Positions 45,301-58,746 of a stretch of DNA of 64,000 nucleotides are shown here, piece by piece. The position numbers and the translations under genes are program-made. The notes below the pieces were generated by a model. The model ran no database searches. It was not told where the DNA came from and saw only the letters and a list, made by a program, of their open reading frames with translations. Each line of letters opens with the position of its first letter. The stretch's first letter is position 1. The DNA comes from Tubiluchus corallicola (taxonomy: Eukaryota > Animalia > Priapulida), in assembly GCA_030141605.1 (NCBI GenBank), contig JAQGDQ010000028.1, forward strand, positions 806,001 through 870,000, given 5' to 3'.

Positions 45301-46211
45301 TTTTGTATAGCTTATTGAATTTAAGTTGGTCTTGTTGCTTAATGGTTGTGAGTTGCTTCACTTGCATGTCACCCTTGTTTATTAGAATTGCAATGATTTC
45401 CTAAAAATTTAAATTAGAACTCTATTCATCAAAAGTTGACTGTTTGTCATACTCAGTGAAATAAACTAGCACTTGTCAGTCACTAAATGAAGAGGAGACA
45501 AAAAGCAAATACTAAAATTTTCAAATTTTTCAACAGTTTCAGGGATGTAGGAAGCAAGGGGGACAGGGGGCATGTACCCACCTCCCAGTATTGGGAGGTG
45601 CACATCACATTCTCCTAGTAAGTCATTTAATGCTAAAAGGATTAGTGAATTTAAAATAACTGTTATATTTCAGATAACAGTTTCATAGTAACTGTGGAGT
45701 TATACTTGCTTATGAGCTTTACACTGTAATTGCACCTTTATAATCTGCAGTTTAACTACTTATTAACAATAAGTAAATTTTTAGTTGCATAGCATTAGCA
45801 AAGCGTTTGCAAAGTTGCTGTAGTTATAAAATGCTGAATAAAACTTATAACATAATATTCATTATCTTACTAGCAGCTTGATTCTAACATTGTTAGCACA
45901 ACTGTGTTAATTTAACTCGTGTCCAAAATTTTGGTTGTGTCAACCCTTTTCATCGATGTCCCAGGCCTCTCTTTGGCATTTAACCCCCACCCCACCCTGA
46001 GGCTACAGGCTTGAGTTTACGATTGCGTCTTGTACTTATTTCCACATACTCTTGCAGGTTGGCATGTGGGATCATCGCTCGGTCGGCAGGTTTATTCCAG
46101 AACGCTAAAGTTGTCTGTGCCTGTGATGGAGTCAGCTTATGGGATGAAAGAGATGTGCCATTAGCCGGACCAGGTCGGCAGTCACGCAAAGTGCATGCAG
46201 CTGCATTATGA
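42396..46211 (+). CDS. CCS: Copper chaperone for superoxide dismutase (three domains), ~266 aa
   Basis: Exons 42396-42410, 42665-42866, 43232-43418 (in-frame alternative acceptor at 43214), 44291-44351, 44969-45150 and 46058-46211. Domain I MNCQGC (MxCxxC); SOD-like domain [12 protein letters not shown]...CGDHFNP...HVGDLGNI; domain [32 protein letters not shown] (CxC). Confidence 0.96.
45540..46013. mobile_element. Possible degenerate hAT-like MITE in the last CCS intron
   Basis: G-rich left end CAGGGATGTAGG...GGGGGACAGGGGG and C-rich right end CCCCCACCCACCC...GCTACAGGCTTG; no clean TSD. Confidence 0.3.
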
Positions 46212-49200
46212 ATCGTGACGGTGCAAGTGTATGCGAACTTGTGATTGTACTCAATTCTATTACGATGATTTCCCAGTCATTTGATAATTAGGCATGAAAG
46301 TTAATCAGATGGGTCTTAAGGCACCCACTGCACAACTTTTTTACGACTGTGTGACTCATTTTATTGCCAAAAATTCAAATAATTTACAGTTCTCTTCTTT
46401 TTTATTGCTTTATTAGGTTTTAGCTATATAAGTTTATACCCAGCTCATCGTGACATGTTAATTGTGCATTTTCTAACTGTTTATTGTATATTAACACAGC
46501 TACATGTATAACTTTCAAATGTGTTTCTTGTAAATTTTGTTCCATTTTTCACATATTCCATATTCAAGATTTAAAATACCTACCAGTTATTGGTTGTAAA
46601 AATTAACTCTAATGAGTAATTTTTCTGGATCACAATAATAGGCTTCTGTATTACAATAGAAATTATTAGTTTTTGAAAAGTTTCCTAAAAATAAATTTGC
46701 TAACTATTTTGTAGTTTTATTAGCCAAACAATGTGCCACTTATCGTACTGTAGACTACTGCGCATGGTTATAGTTATGCTAGCATTGCTAGTGTTTGTGC
46801 CAAGTTATGCTATACATACTGTACGAGCATTGTTTACTCTATAATTCTACTGGCATGCTGATCGTGAGTTCATATTCTTATACTGTAGCTGTACTGGTGT
46901 TTTTGTTGTATCCTGTATTGTTTTACTGCAAATACTGCAATGAAGGGGACAACAATTCAAACATCGTATTAACTGAATTTTTACTGGAAAGTAGAAGAGT
47001 AATGTAGGTTGAACTTTCGTTTATCTATTATTTTGAGCAATTCGCTACTCAAAAAACTGAGAAACCATTTTCTTAGCAACAGTTAAGCAATTGTTTCTTC
47101 ACCACATATTTTTATACGTTCATGTTTTTCTGGAAAGTTTCCAAGTGATTAATTTCCCAAATTTGGCATCTGGTAATTTTTATTTGCCTAGTTGTTGATA
47201 CTATTTTGTAATGGAGTAATTACCTGTTGATTATACCGGTGAGACGTAGTATCTTATTTACTTTTTTAAAGCAAGTTGATGTTATTAGTAACTGTAAATA
47301 TGGACGTTGTTTCTAAATAATGTGTTTGTTGTTAATTTTTTGTTAAAAAAATAGTGAAGATGTTTCCAAAAATAGATTGTGTGTTTTATATATGTGTGAT
47401 TATTATAGTCATTATTGAACGATAATTTATAATACATAGCTTGCTCATGTTTTTTGACACGGTCTTTATGCAGAAGCTGTGAAAGTAACAAAGAAAACTG
47501 AATTCATCATAATTAAGAATACTTCTTTTTAACGTCTGATGAATTTTTAAAACATTTTTTGACCGTAAGTGTGACGTTTATATGTGTAAGGCAAAAAAGT
47601 GAATCTGTAATGTTGACTAACTCATTTGATTACAAATTTTTGGAGCAGTCATTAATTTTCAAACGTGCAAAACATTTCTGTCAATATAGCTATAAAATTG
47701 ATTACAATAATTAGTTTCTTCGCCTGAAATTAGAACGGGTAATTATTAATGCACGCGTAATTTGTAATCCGCAACATTTATCACGGAGCGTTTAAGAGAC
47801 AGGTGAAAGCAATAAAGCAAAAGGCTATCGTTTTAAGTTTTAATCTGCTACCGGCAGATGGCGAAACTACATCGTAAATCAGTAATACCCGTTGTGTTAA
47901 CTCGTCGGTGAAAAGGGATAAAAGCAAAAGCAAGAAAGTGTTTCATTCCCAACATGTTACACCGGTTCACGTTTTACATTGCTTTTATAGTATTGAAGAA
48001 TTCATTATCATCATCATATATTTAAGGTGTAAGCTATATTTAAGCTAACTGAATTTCCTTTGTTTACTTTGTTGTAGTTTTTTCTTGATTACAATAACTT
48101 AATTTAATAATTAATAAAAAAATTATTTGTCGACTCCACAGACAAAATCATGTTTATTGTCTATGATCTAGTTTGTTCAAGAAATAGTACTCGAAGTTAA
48201 CTTGGGACAGCTTGTAGTCCTTCGTGAATTTGGAAAAACAGGCGCACGTTATGGGTGTTTCAAACAACAATGATTGTTAAAGAATATGACGGATAATTAT
48301 TATAGTATATGTGCATAAAATTACTTGACTGCTTTATAGGGCAGCAAAAGTAAGACATGTCACAAGTAAATGAATTGTCCCTAGTACATTAACTAGGCCA
48401 GAAAGCCTTGCGCAAAATGCGAAAACCTCTGACTAGACCAAGTATAATTTTATATTTCCGATAATCATTAATTAAGATATTAATATTATCAGTGTATGGC
48501 ATCTCGAACAAGATAATATTCACCATCGCTTGACCGCCCAGTGACAAACATTCAGCCTCTGGTCATGTCATGTTCAGCGATTGATGACCGTTCTCATTGG
48601 GCCGCACGCATTCTGCCAGGATAAAGAAGTTTATTTATGTCATTAGCATGAAAATCAACACTTTGCCACTTTCCATAATGGAGGCAGCGACAGAGCCATG
48701 CGTAATTAACGCTTTCGGCTGTAAGGATTACCGCAATTTTAATGATTTTAGGAGCTGCCCCGGTTATAACCGTGGAGGACGACCCGCATTGTTCGCGTTT
48801 CCGTGAAAACCGCAATATGTGGTCTTCAAAGAGTTAACGGCACACGCTTACAATAAAGATATACCATTACTAAGACCATAGCCGTGTCAGGGGGACGCAG
48901 GACATTGTCACAAGAGATGCCTTGTAGTTTCTCATAAGTAGTAGTTATAGTCATGGTATACTATTCTCATAGTATAAATGTTTAGACTATGACTTCAAGA
49001 ACCAACAGTGTTAAAGTTGCAGATGTTTTGTTTGAATAAAAGCCATGCCTTTTCTTAACTGGTGCTAGCTGTCATTTTTATCTTAAGATTTTGTTTTCAC
49101 CAATCAGTTGTGTTAGTAAATAACAAACAGGCATTTTTGCTGAATAATTAATATAACTATATAAACTAAATTACACGAACACAACACCTATTACCATCTT

Positions 49201-52200
49201 CATCTGGACTACATGCGAAGACAAGATTTTTGTTTATAACGATAGTTTATAACTTTTGACAGTATATAATTATTATTACCCTGGACATGAAAACGTCCCT
49301 TCTGCTATTGGCGTTGTATGTCGTTATATCCAAAAGCTTATTCCCGCTGTAATAACATTTCATTAGTTAATGAAATAGCGAGTAATTCTCCATCTGTCAG
49401 TGTTTCCTATTCAATTTTGAGTGGAGAGAAAAAATTCCACCGAAGTAAATGTCGCCAAGCCGCACAGCCATCTGCCGCTGTGGGTCCAAGCTAAATTGAC
49501 GACGCCTAACAATTTACAACAGCTACATCTACACGAATTTGTGAAGCTAAATGTATCTCTCCTGTTTATGCAATATGCGTACATGTATTTGAATTTGAAT
49601 TTCACACTCAAGGTTTACAGTACAATACAAGGAATCACACACAAATCTTAGTAGTTAATACTGTTCACAAATAGACGCAAAAAACACTAAACTTTCTATA
49701 ACATAATTCCCTGCAATATAAATAAAATAAAAATCAAGCATATAGATTGATCGCCATTTAACTCGCATGCTTGACGTGTACCTAATATCGCTGTTACGTA
49801 GGTGTTTCACAATAGAATTACTACTATTTATTATGCTTATACACAGGCTATATACATGTATAACCACCCCTACAAAACTGCAGTAGTTTTTAAGACTGAT
49901 TAATTAAGAGATCAACTGAGCCCTGTCATTTCAACGTGATGAACATTTTAATATGTAGAATAATCATTAATGAAAATTAAATCAACTAAAAATCTAATTG
50001 TCCTTTGTTGGGTAGAAACAAATTCAGATAATTAGTTTCACTTGCGATGTTATAGCTATGTAAATTCTATTAATTAGCTGTCAACCGTGCAACAAGCGAA
50101 ACTATATAAATTAAATTTAGCTAGGTAAACATGAACTGCTAAGAAAGATGTTAAACAAGTTTTTTAACGTTTTTTATAATTAAGGAAGTTGACTTAATCA
50201 GTTAACAGCCTAATTAAATGAGTAACAGCTAAGTGTTAGTATCTCATACCAATTCATCTAGACTTAGTTGTTCTTTAAAGGAACTAAACCAGGGCTTTGT
50301 TCTAAAAAAAGACTTGTAGTCAATCTAATCAAACAAACTGAAATTCTTGATGTCAGTCAACAGTTAGGATTTCATTAATCATTTATAATTATTAATAATT
50401 ACATAATTATTATGCCATGGCTCATTCCCCAGTATTAACGTTTTCTTGCATGAGTCGTAGCAAATCATAAACATGTGTTATACCAGCGCGCCAAACTTTC
50501 CCGCGAAACTAATTAGCATTTAACGAAATAATGATGCCCTTTTGCTGCAACCGTGATTTGAGTCTTCTCTTTTTCTTCAGGGGTAGAATTAACGAGAACA
50601 GCTGCATCAGCTGCCCTAATATTATCCTCTCTTTTCGATTGTTCCTCTTCTCCCAGTTTTATAACTGTCACCTCTTTTGTTATTTGGATTCTATTGAATA
50701 TTTTCACGCGCGGCTTGATTCAGCTATTATCTTTTTTCTTTGTCAAGTTTTTGCACAACAATAACCTTTGCTAATAACATCTAACTTACAGACGATGACG
50801 TCATGGACTGTGGCGGAAGGATATGTAATTAGTCTAACAGAAATTCAAGTAGCTTTGTGCGCTTTATCTTTCTTATCTATAAAATTGTACTTTCCGGGTT
50901 TATGACACGCGATATTATTACATTTTATACAATTGTGCTTGGGGTTATAGTACAGATGTGGGCCCATGCTAAATGAACCGCACTTAATTGCAAATTTCAG
51001 ACTACTTTACAGGTTTAGGCCGACACGATACACTTCCATCACTTCGGTGTAAAGCAATTCTCTAGCTGCTGTATATTGCAAAGCAAAAATAATAGAAATA
51101 TAAGGTTCACTGTAGTAAAATTATTAAAAAAATCGCAAAGTAATTCATCAGTTATAGGATAGGGCTGTACACTAATAAGCATAACGTAAACAAATTTTAC
51201 TAACAATGACTGCTTATCACATTCTGAGTGTTGAATAAAGGATGAAAATTAGTAAACACAGAATATTAATCTTCAACTAACATCTATTCGACCGAAAGTT
51301 ACTGATGAAATGACGTTGTTTTGTTAGCAACATTTGAAAATTGACAGTCGTGATTGTTATTAAATCAGAAATTTTAATTTACTTTGTTTTTGGTACACTC
51401 TAAATTAATTGAATTTTATAGCTCAACAAATAGTATTATAATCTTATTTGCTTATAAAATTTAATCAAGTTTAGTTAATATTTATTATTGTAGGGATTGT
51501 AAGCCACCAACATGATGTAGTAAACTTGTTACCTGTTTGATGTTCTCTGTGAAGTAGTTGACAATGATCGCTAGTTGTAAAAAGAATTGCAGAAAGTAGA
51601 AACAAGTCTGGTTATCAGAAAGATATACGGCCAGTTTGGTACATAATACCGTTGTAGATTGTCATCATTCCACCAAACAGAAGCCTGAAAGTGGCAATAT
51701 ATGCTATTTTGGTTTCTGTCTGTCTCTTAATCTTAAATCATTTCGCCTAAGCTGCGCAGTTTTTGTTTTTACTTTAATTTAAAAAATGCGAAATTCAGTG
51801 AAGACTGAGCCTTGAGCGCCACCTAATTGGGAATAACCCTTTTATTTTTTGCAATAGTTATTGCGAAGGAAACACTAATAAGTCTATTATGGAGTTACTT
51901 TTGTATGGGCTTATTATACAAGACATATCTTAACTCTGTCTCAAGCGACCATGTAGATTTTGCAGAGTTGGTAACACAATTTTATGTTAATTTGAGTAGG
52001 CTGAAATATATATATATATATATATATACTTCTTATAATTACAGGTATAGCTGCTCCATTAATTTACAGCTACTGCATATAAAAACTCTCCAGAAGCTAG
52101 AGAAGGAGAATAGATTTACTGGAGCGGGAAAAAGCGGGGATGCTTGGGAGCATGGGCGTGCCGTCTATTGTTCCCCTCGCGTGCCAGCATCACCCTATAG

Positions 52201-53527
52201 TGAGCAGGTGTTCACCCATCGCGCGTCAATTCTTCATAACTATACGTACCGCCTGGAACTCAACAAAACGGTAATTACCAAATGCATTGTTCCTCAAGTT
52301 TGTAAGCCATCTTGGTTTGTTAGTTTAGACTCGACTCGAATCCCGCTGCACTGATGTGAGTAAATTTAAATTGATCAGCTTCAGCTTTCATGCGCAGCTG
52401 CTGCTGATATGAGATGGGATTTCCAAACTTTTGGTTTCTTTGCAACTGATTGAGTCGATTGGTTTTCGCGTCAATCAGGTATAGTTAAAATTACCAGCAG
52501 AAGGCGTAGAATTACACGGAAAACTCCACAAAAGTTCTCTACAACTGAAGCTGACAACTGAAGGGACAGTAATTTTTCAGTACAATTTATATATCTTTTA
52601 TTAGAAATATTGTGTACATGTAATAATTTTCAAATATATATGTATATTTATTATTGTCTCTCGGGTTAGTTTCAGTATATACATATACATACACATTATA
52701 TATGTTGTTTAGTTAATCCTATGTTTATTTCGCCGTACTGTCCGCTTAGTTTTTTTATCAATTTTAGAAAATTGATTTCGTGATAAGACAAAACGAAATG
52801 CCACGAAACAGAATAAAATAATGTAAAACTAAACAAAAACAAATTAAATTAAAAATATAAGAATGTAAAACAAAAACGAAAGAGAAAGAGAACATTAAAA
52901 AAGCAACTCGATCAAGCAAAGCAAAAAAAGAGAGATGATAAGTATGACTTGTGTTTTGAACAGCCAGATTTATTTGTCTTTAGTAATGCATTTTTTTATA
53001 TTTCATAGCTCATCAGCGTTCAATTGTAATGCAATAATTATTTTACATACGGCTTGCCGATTGTTAGTATTCAAGTTTATATGTACAAGGACAAGTTTTC
53101 TACACGACTATTTTTTACATTTTAAATGTTCCAGTATGACCAGAAAAAACACTAATTGCCAGCATAACAGAGGATACGTAGCGATTCCAAATGCAGGTCT
53201 GAAAATTTACCTGTCACATCATCTCCTTCACTCCACCTTTCCTTTCTTGCAATCCCCTTGTTATTGAGAAAATTAAAAGTGGCACACGCAGGCCAAAGGG
53301 CATCTAATTGTCTGGGCACATGTCCATTTCTCAGGGATATGTTTAGAGCAAGTCACGTGACAACCGACAGGTGCAACAGTGACACACCTTTACTTTCTCT
53401 CTTCATCGATTCTAATCTTTCGCGATATATGTAGTCAATACATTGCTTTATTTTAACGAACCATCGTATGATCGCAGAGAAAAGTCCAATAAGGATTCCA
53501 CCCATTCCGTTTTGTTCTGCTGCATTG

Positions 53528-53830
53528 ATTCTATTCTATTCTATTCTATTCTATTCTATTCTATTCTATTCTATTCTATTCTATTCTATTCTATTCTATT
53601 CTATTCTAACCTGTCCTTTCCTATCTGTCTTGGCATGCTATTCTGTTGTACACTGTTCTGTTTTATTCTATTGCACTTGTTCCGTTCCTTTTAGCTGCAC
53701 TCAATCCGTACGTTCTGTTCTGCTTTGTTCTGCTTTGTTGTGTTGTGTTGTGTTCTGTTCTGTTCTGTTCTGTTCTCACCTCTGAGTTACTTGCTTCTGT
53801 TCTGGTTCATTCTATTCCATCCTTTTGACC
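53528..53830. repeat. (ATTCT)16 pentanucleotide microsatellite with a degenerate GTTCT/GTTGT continuation
   Basis: Sixteen perfect ATTCT units at 53528-53607, then diverged 5-mers to about 53830. Confidence 0.95.
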
Positions 53831-54311
53831 CGTTGCATTTCATTGCTGCATTGAAGTCTAACCTCACTTGCAGTAAATTGTTTACCCTATCTCTATAGTG
53901 TCTGGAGACCCTGTAAATACACATGTATCATGTTTTTTTGCCTTTATACCTGTCAATAAGATATTACGTGTCTCATAACATATAGGGACTTATAACATAT
54001 TTGCACCAATACAGTGCTTGAAGCATGTGTCTATGTGATTGTTTGTAAATTGTTAACCAAAAATTGTAAATGCAATTTAATGCATATTAATACATGTACA
54101 ATTTTTGTACATTGCAGTTGGCTGTTTATGAGCATGCCGTTAATAGTTCAAAATATTAAAATTTTACTAACTTTCCAACCAAAATGTTTTTAAATATCGA
54201 ACGCTTACCACTTAGCGTATTCACTTATTCTGCCAAGTGGAAAAATATTCTCGGGTTTTCAAGAAAAACAGTCAGTTTCCAGAGTACTGTAATGCTTTGA
54301 TGCTTTAAAAA

Positions 54312-55013
<702 letters not shown>

Positions 55014-55622
55014 CTTTATTCAAAAAAAAGAACGTGTATACAAAAAGGTACCTCTTTGCAGGCTCAGATAAACGATTTACATATTCATGTAGGAACTCTT
55101 TTAAACACTTTCAGTTTCCCACTATGTATAACAAGTAAGATATAATACCTAGATCAGATTTAATTTCTAATGACTTACAATTATGATACACATGAATTAG
55201 CTTTGTACACATGCCCTAATACTTACAGTCACGTGTACAATAATTTATTACATTGGTTGTGCATAGTTATTGTACATTTGTTATCTTTCACTCGTAGAGA
55301 TTTCAAAACACATCATCGAAAAAGCATTTGATTACAGCCCATCTTTTTTGGCAGCTTAGCGTGTTTTTTGTGATTCAATCGCTAACAGGTGGTGTAAAAT
55401 CGTGATAGGAATAGACAGAATAAGTTTATAAACCACGGAGAAAACAGTCCAATACAAGAATACGTTTACAGCGCCGCCTATGCCTAATTGTAGTTTCTGA
55501 ACTAAAATTTTACTATTAGAAAATTAACCAACATGAAAAAGTAAAAAAAGCTTAACTACTCTAATTACGTTGGTGGAGCATACCTTGCTTTAAAGAGTTT
55601 GCAAGGATAATAAAAATGACCA

Positions 55623-56726
55623 AAAATGTATGTAGGTTGGTGCGCGGTAAAAATGGCATGGTAAAAGAGGCACAGGAAAAATGGCACGGTAAAAATGGCA
55701 CAGAAAAAATGGCACAAATGGCAAAGTAGGTAAAATGACACAGGAAAAAATGGCTCAAATGACAAAGTAGGTAAAAATGGCACAGGAAAAAACGGTACAG
55801 GAAAAATGGCACAAAAGGAAAAGCAGGTAGAAATGGCACAAATGGAAAAATAGAAAAAATGGCACAGGAAAAAATGGCATAAATGGAAAAGTAGGAAAAA
55901 TGGCACAGGGAAACATGGCACAAATAGAAAAGTTGGAAAAATGACACATATAGTATTGTGATGAAATTGTTTTCCATAATAAAACTAGAATGCGCTCAGT
56001 AGGAAGCAGACTTCCGAAAAAGTGTACCTGTATTGGTATTGTGTAGACTAGCGAAAGATTCACAAAATATTTGTTCATTAAATAGATTTGTAATCAATAA
56101 TGCACAAATGTTTCACAAGTGTATCTATTTTTTAACCATCAATTTTGACGATGGCAATAGACTGACAAATAATTACGTGCCAAGTTACCTTAAGGTTATA
56201 CACATTAATAAGCAAAGGTTATAGACAGCGTCACACAATTTTAAAAGCGAGAATTTTTCGAACTAATTCTTAGTTCTTTGTTGTGGTGGAGGTAACAGAA
56301 AAGAAGTACTAAACTCTTCCTCTGAGACCTCCACAAGCGCTTCAAAAATCTTTTTGCACGCGGTGCTTGGTCAAGTTTTACGAAAAAAGAACTATCGAAA
56401 AGGTTCGAATTTTGGCTATACCCGCCTTTCTTCACAAGTCTCTTGGAAATCTGTTAGATACTTTTTGCGCAATAAGCTTACTGCCATAACAGACAAAAAA
56501 CAACCAACCAAACAAACTGTGTTGAAGAAAGAACCTTAACTCTAAACACAGATTTTACCAAGTGTGTCATTTTTTCTGTGCCATTTTTTCCTATTTTTGC
56601 ATTTGTGCCATTTTTACCTACTTTTGCATTTGTGCTATTTTTTCCTGTAACATTTTACCGTGTTATATTTTCCTGTGCCATTTTTTCCTATGCCATTTTT
56701 ACCTGTACCATTTTTACATACATTCC
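55623..56726. mobile_element. Foldback-type non-autonomous DNA element with subterminal tandem repeats
   Basis: Left arm 55623-55947 is built of AAAAATGGCACAGG units and right arm ~56560-56726 of the reverse complement CCTGTGCCATTTTT. Termini AATGTATGTA (55625) and TACATACATT (56715). No clear TSD. Confidence 0.75.
56200..56545 (+). mobile_element. Possible nested Helentron-associated (HINE/DINE-like) non-autonomous element
   Basis: CAAGTCTCTTGGAAATCTGTTAGATACTTTTTGCGCAAT followed by an ACAA/ACAG microsatellite, a layout reminiscent of HINE 3' halves. Recognised by eye only. Confidence 0.3.
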
Positions 56727-57458
56727 TGTAGATTTATATCAGAGTTAGGCATATTTGTACACTCCCGTGTTGTGGTAGTGAAGATATGACTCTCCCCTTG
56801 ACTTAACAGAGGTCTGCATGCATCAGAACAACTACCGCATGTCTTTTCGTTTGTTGAGGTCATTTGCACTTGATTAAGATAAACTTTGTTTTTCTTTTCC
56901 TAAACTTGTATTCTTCAGTTCTTCACTGCACGTTGTGGCGGCGCATATAAACCATTGTTGTCCTCTTACAATCGTCTCTAGTCCAGCGGCACCTTCAGTG
57001 ACAGCTTCAAAAGGGTACCGTGTTTTTGTTTGTGGCCATATTCAATAGTTGCCATGTTTATGTTCTTAGGGGCTACAGGGTGCACGTGCGCAAAATAAGT
57101 TTCGCTATTTCTGTTTGTCGCATGTGCGCCACCGTAAATTTTGAAATTGTTAAACCCATTATTATCTTGGTTAAACCTGGGACCACTAAATACAGTAAAC
57201 CGTTGAATTAAACCGAAGACTTGAGCAACTCTATCCTTTGCAGGATCAGTGGACATCGTCACTGGACGATTCACGATTGTATTTCTTTCATTAAGGAACG
57301 GGGGTCAAGAGGTTAGCGACCCACTTATGATGGGAAAGAAATTTCATCATCCTATCTGTTAGCTCGCATCTTGCTCTTCAAAGGCGTGGGCAGTTATTGT
57401 CTGCAAACAGACAGGGTAAATGCCAGTGAATTCCCTGTTCAATAAACAATGCACAGCC

Positions 57459-57862
57459 TTAGGGTTAGGGAAATGGTGCGCAGTACGTTTGGTATAAGTA
57501 AATTTTGTGCTGGTAATTTTGGTACGAGGAAATTTTATTCCATTTTACAAAATATGGTACTGACAAATTCAGTTCCTGCGAAGTTTTGTCAAGCATTTCT
57601 GGTGTATGTAAATACAGCACATGGTAAAAATGGTACGAAACAAGTTTGGTACTAAAACTACAAGGCAAATTTGATGCAGTGAAAGTTCGGTACAAGGAAA
57701 GTTTGGTGCTATGAAAACATTTTTATATAACCTATTCGAAGTTATAGACATCCATATTGTTGCAATTGCTTGTTTGTTTGTTTGCTATTCATCATCATTG
57801 TCATCCTCGTTGCTCTTGTCATTGTTAATTTTGTTGTTGTTGCTATTGTTGTTGTTGTTGCT

Positions 57863-57922
<60 letters not shown>

Positions 57923-57945
57923 ACTGCTGCTGATGTTGTTTGCAG
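57459..57945. repeat. Arm of a second foldback family: TTAGGG x2, TTTGGTAC-type units, then (GTT)n
   Basis: TTAGGGTTAGGG at 57459-57470, a degenerate GGAAANTTTGGTAC array to ~57712 and (GTT)n at ~57830-57922. Segment 57579-57770 is homologous to the reverse complement of 60065-60235. Confidence 0.7.
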
Positions 57946-58746
57946 TCCAGGCGGTTGTAATGTTTGGGTCCGTATATACATAAAATAACACTTAAGTAAG
58001 ATTAAAGTAATTATTTAATCCAAAATTTAGTTTAACAAATGCAGATTACGACATTATCATTTTTAGACACGATCAACTTTCAATGCAATTCAACTATGAT
58101 TTGTTACTTGTCATTATAGCGGTGGCAGTGGTATTGGTCGTAGTCATGGGTTCCAACATCATAATCATCATCATTGTCACCACGGTTGCTGTAGTTGTTG
58201 TTGCTGATGTGCTAATAGATAGTTATGAATGATGATAATGATGACTACAGTGTGAGTGATGACAATAATGTTTATGATGACAACGATGAAAATTATGATG
58301 TTGTTGACAGTGATCATGATTATGGCAATTGCAGGAGCAACTAGAGTGACAGTGATTACTAAGGCATACAATGGTTACTGTTAGTACGACACTATGTGGC
58401 ACATTTGATAATTACAATGATTTCAATTCAATTCTGGTTTTATGAAAAATGCTTTTACAGGGCTAGTGGGAATAAATAATAAACACTTTTCAAATTTGAC
58501 AAAACTTTGCAAAGCGGAAATGCTAGTAGCAGATCTTAGCGTAGTACTATTTTTGCTTTTGTTTCTTTGTCTGAGTATTTGTTTAAAAACTGAGTTGGAT
58601 TTTGCTGAAAGAATTTTCAAATGTACCTGGGTTTGATATTCACTGATAAAATTCTAGCTGCCGCGCGCATTATTAATTATGATGTTTTATGAGCTTTTTA
58701 GTAAACTAGACTTTCCTTGCACCAAAATTTATTCCTATTGGATAAA

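Noticed and set aside
50513-50804. 64-aa minus-strand ORF with an upstream ATG-containing mini-exon and GTAAGT donor
   Set aside because: The nearest acceptor puts the ORF out of frame and no homology was recognised; ATGACGTCAT may simply be a CRE site.
52130-52225. HDV-like ribozyme, or T7-promoter vector contamination (CCCTATAGTGAG)
   Set aside because: P3 and P1.1 pairings cannot be built; the T7 match is only 12 nt with no other vector sequence.
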